From positions 4,576,001 to 4,640,000 of the forward strand of contig OZ242005.1 of assembly GCA_965204725.1 (NCBI GenBank): 64,000 nt of DNA, in the 5' to 3' direction. The stretch comes from Candidatus Latescibacterota bacterium. Its GTDB lineage: Bacteria > Latescibacterota > UBA2968 > UBA8231. A program made the position numbers and the translations under genes. Of this stretch, positions 29,209-39,600 are shown piece by piece (position 1 is the first letter of the stretch; every line of letters starts with the position of its first letter). The notes beneath the pieces are model-generated. The model saw nothing but the letters and a program-made list of their open reading frames with translations, ran no database searches and was not told the origin of the DNA.

Positions 29209-30783
29209 ATGCGCTTCTTCAACACCGCTGGCCCTATCAAGCCCGAAAGGCATTACTGCATCCCGCCGCTGGAACGCTTGGACCTCGACGATGTGCGCGC
29301 CCTCATCCGAGACGAGAAGTACTTTGTCCTGCACGCGCCCCGGCAAACGGGCAAGACTTCGGCTCTGCTGGCCTTGCGCGACCTGCTCAACGCCGAGGGC
29401 GTCTATCGTTGCGTGTATGTCAACGTCGAAAGTGGGCAAGCCGCACGCGAAGATGTGGAACGAGTGACGCGCACCGTTTTGGCCGGATTGGCGTCCCGGG
29501 CGCGTTTGACCCTGGGCGATGAGTTTTTGGGCCAAATTTGGCCCGGTATCCTCACGGAGGTCGGTCCAGACTTTGCCCTACAGGAGGCATTGACGCGCTG
29601 GGCCGCGGCGTCCCCGAAACCGCTGGTACTGCTCATCGACGAGATAGACGCCCTGATCGGCGACGCACTTCTGTCCGTGTTGCGGCAGTTGCGGGCGGGC
29701 TACGACCTGCGCCCCGAGGGGTTTCCGCAAAGCGTGGTGCTGTGCGGTGTGCGCGATGTGCGCGATTACCGCATCCATTCCAGTTCGGCCAACGCCCTCA
29801 TTGCCGGAGGGAGCGCGTTCAACATCAAGGCACAGTCGTTGCGCTTGGGCGACTTTTCGCAAGACGAGGTGCAGGCCCTGCTCGGCCAACATACCGATGA
29901 AACGGGTCAGGTGTTCACGCCAGACGCACTGGCGACGATCTGGACGCAGACCCAAGGGCAGCCGTGGCTGGTCAACGCCTTGGCAGACCAAACCTGCTTC
30001 CGCGATGGGGCCGCAGACCGGCGCGATCCAATCACAGCCGCGACCATCGTCGAAGCGCAAGAGCAGCTCATCCTCCGCCGCGAAACGCATCTCGACCAGT
30101 TGGCGGACAAGCTCCAAGAGGAGCGCGTACGGCGCATCGTGGAACCGCTGTTGAGCGGGGCCGAAAAGAGCGAGTTTTCGACCCCAGATCTCGAATACGT
30201 CCGCGATTTGGGCTTGATCGCCCAGAATGATCCGCTCCGCATCGCCAATCCCATTTATGCGGAAATCGTGCCGCGCGAACTGACCTATGCCACCCAATCG
30301 GGACTCGTCCAAGACACGGCTTGGTACGTCCATGCCGATGGCAACTTGGACGTAGCCAAATTGCTGACCGCGTTCCAGACCTTTTTCCGCGAACACTCCG
30401 AGCATTGGGTTAAGCGATTTCAGTATCAAGAAGCTGGACCCCAACTGTTGCTTCAAGCGTTTTTGCAACGGATCGTCAACAGCGGCGGGCGGATTGAGCG
30501 CGAGTATGGCTTGGGTCGCATGCGCACCGACCTGCTCATCGTCTGGCCGCAGGGCGAGCACACGCGCAAGTTCGTAATTGAGTGCAAAGTGCTCCACAAG
30601 AGCTTAGAGCAAACTATCGCCGAGGGGTTGGAGCAGACCGCCGAGTATATGGATCGCTGCGATGCAGAAGCGGGTCATCTGATGATTTTCGACCGGCGCG
30701 CAGGTCGGCGTTGGGACGACAAGGTGTTTCGGGATCGCCGCGTGTCGGACCGTGGGACAGAGATCGACATCTGGGGGATGTGA
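29209..30783 (+). CDS. P-loop ATPase with C-terminal PD-(D/E)xK-like domain, copy 1
   Basis: APRQTGKTS Walker A, LLIDEID Walker B, REY..GRMRTDL...IECK. Confidence 0.85.
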   Translation: MRFFNTAGPIKPERHYCIPPLERLDLDDVRALIRDEKYFVLHAPRQTGKTSALLALRDLLNAEGVYRCVYVNVESGQAAREDVERVTRTVLAGLASRARLTLGDEFLGQIWPGILTEVGPDFALQEALTRWAAASPKPLVLLIDEIDALIGDALLSVLRQLRAGYDLRPEGFPQSVVLCGVRDVRDYRIHSSSANALIAGGSAFNIKAQSLRLGDFSQDEVQALLGQHTDETGQVFTPDALATIWTQTQGQPWLVNALADQTCFRDGAADRRDPITAATIVEAQEQLILRRETHLDQLADKLQEERVRRIVEPLLSGAEKSEFSTPDLEYVRDLGLIAQNDPLRIANPIYAEIVPRELTYATQSGLVQDTAWYVHADGNLDVAKLLTAFQTFFREHSEHWVKRFQYQEAGPQLLLQAFLQRIVNSGGRIEREYGLGRMRTDLLIVWPQGEHTRKFVIECKVLHKSLEQTIAEGLEQTAEYMDRCDAEAGHLMIFDRRAGRRWDDKVFRDRRVSDRGTEIDIWGM

Positions 30784-30856
30784 AGAAGGGTACGCACGGG
30801 GGCATGGGCAGACGGGCGGCTGATCGGAACAGACCATTGAACGGGAGACTTAAACC

Positions 30857-32428
30857 ATGCGCTTTTTCACTACCGCCGGCCCCATCAAGCCGGCAAGGCA
30901 CTATTGCATCCCGCCGCTGGAACGCTTAGACCTTGACGATGTACTCGCCCTCATTCGGGACGAGAAGTATTTCGTCCTGCACGCACCTCGGCAGACGGGC
31001 AAGACTTCGGCCCTGCTGGCCTTGCGCGACCTGCTCAACGCCGAGGGCGTCTATCGTTGCGTGTACGTCAACGTCGAAGGCGGGCAAGCCGCACGCGAAG
31101 ATGTGGAACAAGTGACGCGCACCATTCTGGGCGAGTTGGCGTCCCGGGCGCGTTCAGTAGGCGACGAATTTCTAGACGAGATTTGGCTCGACATCTTGAC
31201 CAAACACGGTCCGCACGCTGCCTTGCGCGAGGCGTTGACGCGCTGGGCCGCGGCGTCCCCGAAACCGCTGGTGCTGCTCATCGACGAGATCGATGCCCTG
31301 ATCGGCGACGCGCTCCTGTCCGTGTTGCGACAGTTGCGAGCGGGCTATGACCTGCGCCCAGAGGGATTTCCGCAAAGCGTGGTGCTGTGCGGTGTGCGCG
31401 ATGTGCGCGATTACCGCATCCATTCCAGTTCGGCCAACTCGACTATCACCGGAGGGAGCGCGTTCAACATCAAGGCACAGTCGTTGCGTCTCGGCGACTT
31501 TTCGCAAGACGAGGTGCAGGCCCTGCTCGGCCAACACACCGATGAAACGGGTCAGGTGTTCACGCCAGACGCATTGGCGACGATCTGGACGCAGACCCAA
31601 GGGCAGCCGTGGCTGGTCAATGCTTTGGCAGACCAAACCTGCTTCCGCGATGGGGCCGCAGACCGGCGCGATCCAATCACAGCCGCAGCCATCGTCGAGG
31701 CGCAAGAGCACCTCATCCTCCGCCGCGAGACGCATCTCGACCAGTTGGCGGACAAGCTCCAAGAGGAGCGCGTGCGGCGCATCGTGGAGCCGCTGTTGAG
31801 CGGGGCCGAGGAACGCCACTTTACCGACCGCGATTTGGAATACGTGCGCGATCTCGGCCTCGTCGCGCAGGAGCGCCCCCTCCGCATCGCCAATCCGATC
31901 TACGCCGAGGTCATCCCCCGCGAACTGACCTGGGTCATTCAAGAGGAGTTTGATCAGGACACGGCCTGGTACATCCATGCCGACGGCAACTTGGATGTGG
32001 TCAAGTTGCTGACCGCCTTCCAGACGTTCTTCCGCGAACACTCCGAGCATTGGGTCAAGCGATTCCAGTATCAAGAGGCCGGTCCGCAGTTGCTGTTGCA
32101 AGCGTTTTTACAACGAATCGTCAACAGCGGCGGGCGAATTGAGCGCGAGTATGGCTTGGGTCGCATGCGCACCGATCTGCTCATCGTCTGGCCGCAGGGC
32201 GAGCGCACACGCCAGTTCGTGATCGAGTGCAAGGTTCTTCACAAGAGCTTGGAGCAGACCATCGCCGAGGGGTTGGCACAGACCGCCGAGTATATGGATC
32301 GCTGCGATGCAGAGGCGGGTCATCTGGTGATTTTCGACCGGCGCGCAGGTCGGCGTTGGGACGACAAGGTGTTTCGGGATCGCCGCGTGTCGGATAGTGG
32401 GACGGAGATCGACATCTGGGGCATGTGA
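30857..32428 (+). CDS. P-loop ATPase with C-terminal PD-(D/E)xK-like domain, copy 2 (tandem paralogue)
   Basis: Same motifs; largely near-identical to copy 1. Confidence 0.85.
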   Translation: MRFFTTAGPIKPARHYCIPPLERLDLDDVLALIRDEKYFVLHAPRQTGKTSALLALRDLLNAEGVYRCVYVNVEGGQAAREDVEQVTRTILGELASRARSVGDEFLDEIWLDILTKHGPHAALREALTRWAAASPKPLVLLIDEIDALIGDALLSVLRQLRAGYDLRPEGFPQSVVLCGVRDVRDYRIHSSSANSTITGGSAFNIKAQSLRLGDFSQDEVQALLGQHTDETGQVFTPDALATIWTQTQGQPWLVNALADQTCFRDGAADRRDPITAAAIVEAQEHLILRRETHLDQLADKLQEERVRRIVEPLLSGAEERHFTDRDLEYVRDLGLVAQERPLRIANPIYAEVIPRELTWVIQEEFDQDTAWYIHADGNLDVVKLLTAFQTFFREHSEHWVKRFQYQEAGPQLLLQAFLQRIVNSGGRIEREYGLGRMRTDLLIVWPQGERTRQFVIECKVLHKSLEQTIAEGLAQTAEYMDRCDAEAGHLVIFDRRAGRRWDDKVFRDRRVSDSGTEIDIWGM

Positions 32429-32568
32429 GGATGGCGGTGGTCAGTGGCCCCTGCGTCACCACAAAGCGCAAAAAAAACCAACGGCCCGACTGCTTGGATC
32501 GCGAGGCGCGGGAGACTCCTCACTCTTCACGGCAAAAGACGCGAGTTAGAAAATAACGCGATCGCCCC

Positions 32569-32668
32569 TGTTAAACGCAGCCTTTAGCATGGCCCATCAA
32601 GTGCTGTATATTAAACGCAGCCTTTAACAAGAAAAGGTTTTGCGTTCATGTTAAATATACCTTTAACA
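32569..32668. promoter_or_regulatory. Three palindromic boxes at exact 40-bp period upstream of Fic gene
   Basis: TGTTAAAcgcagccTTTAGCA (32569), TATTAAAcgcagccTTTAACA (32609), TGTTAAAtataccTTTAACA (32649). Confidence 0.75.
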
Positions 32669-32673
32669 AAGCC

Positions 32674-33840
32674 ATGAAAGACCGTTTCAGGGCCGGTCAA
32701 TACGTCTCCCAGCCAACCGGCTACCGGGCTTTCCTGCCGGCCGCGTTGCCGCCTGAGCCTCCCATCCGGTTCACCGAGGAACTGCAAGCTCTGCTGTCGG
32801 AAGCGGCCCTTGCCTTGGGGCGTCTCGACGGATCGATCCAAACACTGCCCAATTCGGATTTATTCGTCTATATGTACGTCCGCAAAGAGGCGGTGCTATC
32901 GAGTCAGATTGAGGGGACGCAAAGCTCGTTGCAGGATCTGTTGGCGGCTGAAGCGAGCCGGCTCAAGCCCCATCGCAACGACGTACATGAAGTGGTGAAC
33001 TATGTCCGCGCCATGAATCACGGCTTGGCAAGGCTGCCCGAGCTACCTGTTTCGATTCGCTTGATCCGCGAAATCCATGCGGAACTCCTCCAAGGGGCGC
33101 GAGGGTCTCATCTCAGGCCCGGCGAGTTGCGAACCAGCCAAAACTGGATTGGGCCGCCCGGCTGCACCTTGAACGAGGCCATCTTCGTCCCGCCGCCGCC
33201 TCACGAAGTGCCCGCCGCTTTGGGCAAATTGGAGACCTTTCTCCACAATCCGAACCGTCTTCCCCCGCTCGTCTGGATTGGACTGGCCCACGCCCAGTTT
33301 GAAACGATCCATCCCTTTCTCGACGGCAATGGCCGCGTTGGCCGGCTTCTCATCACCTTTCTGCTGTGCGAGCAAAAGGTGCTGCTCAAGCCGGTTCTTT
33401 ACCTCTCTCATTTTTTTAAGCAGCATCGACAAGCGTATTATGAGCACCTGCAATCGGTGCGCGATAAGGGGACTTGGGAAGAGTGGCTCGGCTTTTTCTT
33501 GCGCGGCGTCGTAGAAGTGAGCAACGAGGCAACGAACACGGCCCGAGCGATTCTCGCGCTCCGCGAAGAGCACCGCCATCTGATAACCGAGAACTTAGGC
33601 CGGGCCGCCGGCAATGGGCATCGCCTGCTGGAACATCTCTACGAACGCCCGATTGTGGCGGTGAGCGATGTGCAACGCTTGACCGGAACGACCTATCCTG
33701 CAGCGAACAATCTGGTCGCACGGATGGTCAATAACCGCATCCTGAGCGAATTCACCGGACAGACGCGCAACCGAATGTTTCAGTACCAGAGCTATATCGA
33801 CCTTTTTCACAAGGGCACAGAAATAGAAGGTTCGGAGTGA
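32674..33840 (+). CDS. Fic family protein (N-terminal inhibitory helix, probable C-terminal HTH)
   Basis: SSQIEGT; HPFLDGNGRVGR. Confidence 0.93.
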   Translation: MKDRFRAGQYVSQPTGYRAFLPAALPPEPPIRFTEELQALLSEAALALGRLDGSIQTLPNSDLFVYMYVRKEAVLSSQIEGTQSSLQDLLAAEASRLKPHRNDVHEVVNYVRAMNHGLARLPELPVSIRLIREIHAELLQGARGSHLRPGELRTSQNWIGPPGCTLNEAIFVPPPPHEVPAALGKLETFLHNPNRLPPLVWIGLAHAQFETIHPFLDGNGRVGRLLITFLLCEQKVLLKPVLYLSHFFKQHRQAYYEHLQSVRDKGTWEEWLGFFLRGVVEVSNEATNTARAILALREEHRHLITENLGRAAGNGHRLLEHLYERPIVAVSDVQRLTGTTYPAANNLVARMVNNRILSEFTGQTRNRMFQYQSYIDLFHKGTEIEGSE

Positions 33841-33914
33841 GACGGGTTACTGTGGTACGCTGCTAGATATAGACCTAAGCCGACTGCGACTTCCAATCTC
33901 AACCCAATCCGCCC

Positions 33915-35111
33915 ATGCCTACTCCGCAACGCCAAGCGACGATCATCGTGCTCTTCAGTGCATTGACGGTCCTCGCCAGCATGGGGATTCGCCAATCGTT
34001 TGGTCTCTTTCTACAGCCGATTAGCGACAGCTTGGGCTTGGGGCGCGAAGTGTTCAGCTTGGCCATGGCACTGCAAAACTTGGTCTTCGGCCTACCTCTG
34101 TTCGGGATGGTCGCCGACCGCTATGGTACGCGGTGGGTCGTGTTGGGAGGCGCGTTGCTCTACGCGGCCGGGTGCTTGCTCGTGCCGGTTAGCAGCGGCC
34201 CGCTCGGCTTGTATCTGACACTCGGCCTCATCATCGGGCTGGGGCTTGGCAGCACGACGTATGTGGTCGTGCTGGGAGCCGTCGCCCGCGTCGTCCATCC
34301 TGCAAACCGCAGCACGGCGTTTGGAATCGTCACGGCGGCCGGGTCGTTTGGGACCTTTGCCTTAGTGCCCGGGGTGCAGTGGGCGATTGTCCACGCAGGC
34401 TGGCAGGGGTCCTTTGCGGTCAGTGCGGCCCTAATCGGCTGGGTCGTGCTTTTGGCCTTTGGCTTTCCGCGCCGGTCCAGTGCGACCACGGCCCGGTCGC
34501 CCGGCGAGGGTACGCTGCTGCAAGTGCTGGTGCGGGCGCGGGGCCATTCGGGCTATTGGTTGCTCAACGCGGGGTTCTTCGTCTGCGGTTTCCACGTCGC
34601 CTTCATCGCCACGCACCTGCCTTCGTTCCTCACCGACAACGGCCTGTCGCGCATGACCGGGGCCACGGCCTTGGCGCTGATTGGCCTGTGCAACATCTTC
34701 GGCTCATCTTTGTTTGGCTGGCTAGGCGACCGCTACCGCAAGAAATACCTGCTGAGTGCGCTCTACTTCAGCCGCGCCGCAGTGATCGGCTTGTTTCTCT
34801 TCGTCCCCCTGACCAGCTTTTCCGCCTTGCTCTTCGGTGGCCTAATCGGCTTCTTGTGGCTGGCCACCGTGCCGCTGACTAGCGGGACCGTGGCGCAGAT
34901 ATTCGGGGCGCGCTACCTGTCAACGCTGTACGGCATTGTCTTTTTCAGCCATCAGGCCGGCAGTTTCTTGGGCGTCTGGCTGGCTGGCCGGCTCTACGAC
35001 GCGACCGGGTCGTACGATCCGGTTTGGTGGCTAGCGATCGCCCTCGGCGTAGCGGCCGCGCTCATTCACCTGCCGATTGCCGACCGACCGCTCCAATCCT
35101 CAAACGCATAG
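33915..35111 (+). CDS. MFS transporter
   Basis: GMVADRYG, GWLGDRYRKK, about 12 TM segments. Confidence 0.92.
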   Translation: MPTPQRQATIIVLFSALTVLASMGIRQSFGLFLQPISDSLGLGREVFSLAMALQNLVFGLPLFGMVADRYGTRWVVLGGALLYAAGCLLVPVSSGPLGLYLTLGLIIGLGLGSTTYVVVLGAVARVVHPANRSTAFGIVTAAGSFGTFALVPGVQWAIVHAGWQGSFAVSAALIGWVVLLAFGFPRRSSATTARSPGEGTLLQVLVRARGHSGYWLLNAGFFVCGFHVAFIATHLPSFLTDNGLSRMTGATALALIGLCNIFGSSLFGWLGDRYRKKYLLSALYFSRAAVIGLFLFVPLTSFSALLFGGLIGFLWLATVPLTSGTVAQIFGARYLSTLYGIVFFSHQAGSFLGVWLAGRLYDATGSYDPVWWLAIALGVAAALIHLPIADRPLQSSNA

Positions 35112-35117
35112 AACGAT

Positions 35118-35225
35118 GCCTTACTACACGACACCAGCGGCCGCCTTCCTAAAGGATCGAGGGCATCTTGCCCTCGTCGAGGGCGGGACGCCCTCGATCC
35201 CGGACGCAGCGGCAACACCAGAAAA
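35118..35225 (-). repeat. Dispersed REP-like element, copy 2
   Basis: Reverse-complement homologue of 16134-16240. Confidence 0.85.
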
Positions 35226-35304
35226 GGCGTACTCAACGGAAGGGTCGCGTACTAAGGAACGACGCTGTGCCATGAGACGCCGCGGTTTTCTGCGCGGGGC
35301 GGTT

Positions 35305-36477
35305 TCAGCGGCTGGCTGGGTTGCGCCAAGGCAGGAATGCCAACAGACGCTCGCGGTGTGCCCGCACCTTTCGACCTTCATATATCACAAGCCCTAGATC
35401 GATCAGAGCCTTGATGTCGCGGTGCAGTGTGCGGCTCGTGACGGTTGCATAGGCGCGGCCTAAGTCTGCATCTAGTGTGGGAATATCGGCGATGCGGACT
35501 GGTGCCGCCGCGCGAGATAGGCTCAACGCTAGCGTCCGTTGGCGGCTCGCCGCAGAGCTTGAGACCGTGCGGAAGGTCTCGTGTACGTGGTTGACCCATG
35601 CGACATCCCACTGGTGCTCGCGAATTAGGTCGATTTGCTCGCCTAGGCCGTCCACCAAGCCCGCAACGGCATAGCTGATGAAGCGCACGACGCCGTCGTC
35701 TGTTTGGCGGGCGTGGTCTAACTGGCGGTAGTATTCCGACCGCGTTTGGTTGTAGTGGTTGCTCAATAGGTGGCAGGCCGGCTGCGGTAGGCCAGCCCCG
35801 ACTAGGATGTAAAACTCCAGCAATCGCGCCGTGCGGCCGTTGCCATCGCCAAAGGGATGGATCCAAGCCAGATAGAGGTGCGCGAAAATGGCCTTCAGGA
35901 TCGCATAGGCGATGGGGTTGTCCGCGGCGAGCGGAAATTGGTTCAACGTGTCGCACAGGCGATTTAGTAGAAAGGTGCAATCCCGATGCGGCGGGCATTT
36001 GTACCCCCCGACGCCTACCTCTGTGGTGCGGATTTCCCCGGGCGCGACATGGTCTTCGACTTCAAGGCCGTTTAGCACGGCTCGGTTCATCTGTTTGATG
36101 GTGGCGGTCGTAATTGGCTTGGTGTCGCTCGCGGCAACATCTTCGGTCAGTGCGTTACAGGCATTGACGATGTTTTCGATTTCTTGGCCGAGGTACTCCC
36201 GCGACGGCGGCAGTTTGAACGAGCCTGCCAGCAGCCCTGTGACCTCTTCTTCGGACAGCGTATTGCCCTCAATGGCTGTGGTAGCCAACGCGCCCTTTGC
36301 CAGATACAGCCGGTGAACGCTCTGCGCTACCTCCGGGGCCAACAGCGCCTGAGTGATGTGATCGCATTTTGCCGCTGCCGCTCCGAGTGCGACCCAAGTT
36401 TTGTGGTCTAAGCGCGATAGGTCGAGGGCGAAGGTGAGATAGGGATGGGACGCTTTGTATGGCCGCTTAGTTGTCAT
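35305..36477 (-). CDS. Fic family protein
   Basis: TTAIEGN; HPFGDGNGRTAR; C-terminal HTH-like segment SRTLHRDIKAL. Confidence 0.92.
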   Translation of the reverse strand: MTTKRPYKASHPYLTFALDLSRLDHKTWVALGAAAAKCDHITQALLAPEVAQSVHRLYLAKGALATTAIEGNTLSEEEVTGLLAGSFKLPPSREYLGQEIENIVNACNALTEDVAASDTKPITTATIKQMNRAVLNGLEVEDHVAPGEIRTTEVGVGGYKCPPHRDCTFLLNRLCDTLNQFPLAADNPIAYAILKAIFAHLYLAWIHPFGDGNGRTARLLEFYILVGAGLPQPACHLLSNHYNQTRSEYYRQLDHARQTDDGVVRFISYAVAGLVDGLGEQIDLIREHQWDVAWVNHVHETFRTVSSSAASRQRTLALSLSRAAAPVRIADIPTLDADLGRAYATVTSRTLHRDIKALIDLGLVIYEGRKVRAHRERLLAFLPWRNPASR

Positions 36478-36633
36478 TAGTTTTTTTATTATAACTCCTT
36501 GTTATAAAATAAGTAATGAATTAATATATGATGGATTGGAGAAAGATATGTCATTGACTTTGACACGACGAATGACAAATTTTAGAAGCATAGTAAAGAT
36601 GAGTCAAGGTCGAATCATCAACTAGGAGCGTAA

Positions 36634-39600
36634 ATGCGATTTTTTGAAAATGGTCCGGCGATTCCAGATGAGCTGCTCCACGCCCGTGATGAGGGCCGGG
36701 TGGTTTTCTTCTGTGGGGCCGGGATCTCACAGGCTAAGGCAGGGCTGCCGGATTTCTTTGGTTTGGCAGAAAAAGTTATGGAGACGCTCGGGGTTCAAGC
36801 GGATAGCCCAGCCCGGAAGCTACTTGATGAAGCGCGTAATTTTGAGGCCCGAACCGGCGTTGCCGGTGTAATCCCGGCAGACCGGATATTCGGCCTACTT
36901 GAGCGCGAATTTTCTACGGACGTTATAGAATCGGCGGTGGCTTCCGCGCTGCGGCCGGGTGATGAACCGGATTTGACGGCCCATTGCATAATCCTCGACC
37001 TCGCAACCACTAGGGAAGGTTTGGTTCGTATCGTAACGACCAACTTTGATCGTCTGTTTGATAATTGTGGTCGCAGCCTTTCGTCGTGGCAACGACCTCG
37101 TTTGCCTAATCCGTCGCGGCCAAAAGACATGGACGGCATTGTCCATCTTCACGGCAAGGCTACCTCTGATTATCGAGGGGCTGAAGGCGATGGATTTATT
37201 CTGTCTAGTTCCCAATTTGGACAGGCGTATCTTTCGGAGGGGTGGGCGACTTCCTTCTTTCGAGAAATCATTGACAGGTACGTCGTTGTCTTCGTCGGCT
37301 ACGCGGCGGACGATCCTCCTGTTCACTATTTGTTAGAAGGACTAAACAAACAGATCAATGAACGCCAAGTCTATGCTTTTCAAGAGGGTGCTGCGGACGA
37401 TGCGGCCTCTAAATGGAACCATAGAGGGGTTCAGGCCATTTCCTATGCGGAAGATTCCGGCCACACTGCGCTTTGGGACACGTTAGAGGCATGGGCACAG
37501 AGGGCGCGAGATCCCGATAAATGGTATTCGGAGGTCATTAACAAAGCGAAGCAGGGTCCCCAAAGCCTTTTGCCGCATGAGCGCGGGCAAGTGGCTCATG
37601 TTGTTTCGACTGTTGAGGGGGTTAGAAATTTTTCGGAGGGAGAAGAACCGCCGCCGGCAGAGTGGCTGTGTGTTTTCGACAAGTACAGACGCTATGGTCA
37701 ACCGGGACGGTTAGGTGGCTGGTTTCGGGAGGGACCATACGTCGATCCATTTGATCTTTACCGCATCGACTCGGATGTGCCGCCAGACAAAGCCAGTCCT
37801 AAAGGCCATTCCTCTAAACGTAAGGTGCCAACCGACGCTTGGGATGCGTTTGCTCTGAACCGCGTCGATAGAGCTAACTTAAACGATGACAATTTTCCGT
37901 CGATAACAGGTCTTTGGGCATATAACGTGCCGCCCCTTCCTCCGCGGCTTCGCCAAATGGGTGCGTGGATTAGGGCTATCACTGGCGAGCCAGCGGCGGT
38001 TTGGTGGGCGGTACGACAAAACCCTCTTCATCCCGAGATTCGAGCCGAAATACGTCAGGCTCTTACAAGTTCACAACGGCCCATAAGTTCCGCTGTTCGT
38101 GAGGCTTGGTACTATCTGTTTGAATGTTGGGAACAAAGTAGAGATAGACACGCCGATTCGGGTGACTGGTATGGATTGATTTCAAAGGATGGCTGGAGCA
38201 GAAGCACTGTTCGTGCCTATGCTGCATGTTCCCGTCCCTACTTGTTGAAGGTAGAGCCACACTATGGGCAGCATCCCAAACCGCCCGAACCGCAGGACGA
38301 AATTCGTCGTAATGATCTTATTAGTTTGGAAGTAGCGTATCCAGATCACACTAAAGAAACCAACATTCCAGATGAATACATTGCTCCTGTTGTAGCGATA
38401 TTGCGTAAGAATCTCGAAATTGCGCTTGAGCTCGAGACCGAAATCGGCAGATACGGCCTTAGTCAGGTAAGCTCCATTGTTTCGGACAATGATACAGCCG
38501 AGAACCGTACACATGGACTATCTAGAGCCGTCATTAACTTTACATCTGTCTTTGAGCGTCTCATGCAAATCAACCTAAAAGCGGCAAGACGCGATTTTTC
38601 AAAATGGTTAGTTGAAGACGATACGATATTTGCAAGGCTGCGAATATGGGCGGCAGGCAAACCCGACTTAGTGTCGGATGATCAGTTTGGTCCCGTGCTT
38701 GCCGATGTGAGCGATAAAGCCTTTTGGGATGAGAGCCATGAGTGGGATTTGCTGCATACGCTATCGTCCCGGTGGAATGGACTGAGTAAAGATATTTGTG
38801 TCGAGATCGAAAAGCGGCTTTTGAAAGGATGTTCGCGCTGGCGAAAAGAAGAAGAAGAGGATTTTAAGAAACGACGTGATCGGTCAATACTAGCTCGGAT
38901 AATTTGGTTATCTCGAAAAGGATGCAAACTATGTTCCAATCTTGAAGAAGCAACAAATCGGCTTCGGGAATTGGTTCCAGAGTGGAATCCAGAAAATTCC
39001 GATGAAGTCGTAAGGTGTTGGGGAACTGAAGGCGGGATAGTGAGAACCGAAGACGATCATTCAGCATTACTGGACATACCTCTCGCTTCAGTACTATCAG
39101 AGGCATACCGTCGGAGCGAGAGACGAGATGATCCTTTCGTCGAATATAACCCTTTCGCCGGGTTATCGGCGGCCCGTCCTGTCAGAGCGTTTTCTGCTCT
39201 CAGGGTGGCGGCCAAGGAGGGAGATTTTCCAGACTGGGCATGGAACACCTTTCTGAATGCGGAGAAGCGAAAGACTGATAAACTCAGATTTGTCGTGTTG
39301 ATCGCCGAGCGGTTGGCCCGTTATCTGAATAACGGCGTGACGGTACTAGTCTGGCCAGCAGCAAGCTGGCTTGAGAACATGAGCGGCAGTTTCTCCGGCC
39401 AATATTCAGCAAGTTTTCGCCGAGTAACAGATGCGCTAATCAGAAGCTTGGCCGAAGAACCAGAAAGTGATGCTTCGGGAGTCTGGCAAGTCGGAGGAGT
39501 TCGGGACTGGGCGACGATTGCATTTAACGCCCCGGTCAGGAAGGTTGCACAAGCTCTACGTCCTTATCAGAAAACCGATCCCAGCGCATTTCTAAATTAC

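Noticed and set aside
29209-32428. Diversity-generating retroelement template/variable pair
   Set aside because: No reverse transcriptase in the window, differences are not adenine-specific, and both copies are full genes.
32569-32668. Possible mini-CRISPR array
   Set aside because: Repeats only 20-21 bp and degenerate, spacers 19 bp, no cas genes in the window; better explained as operators.
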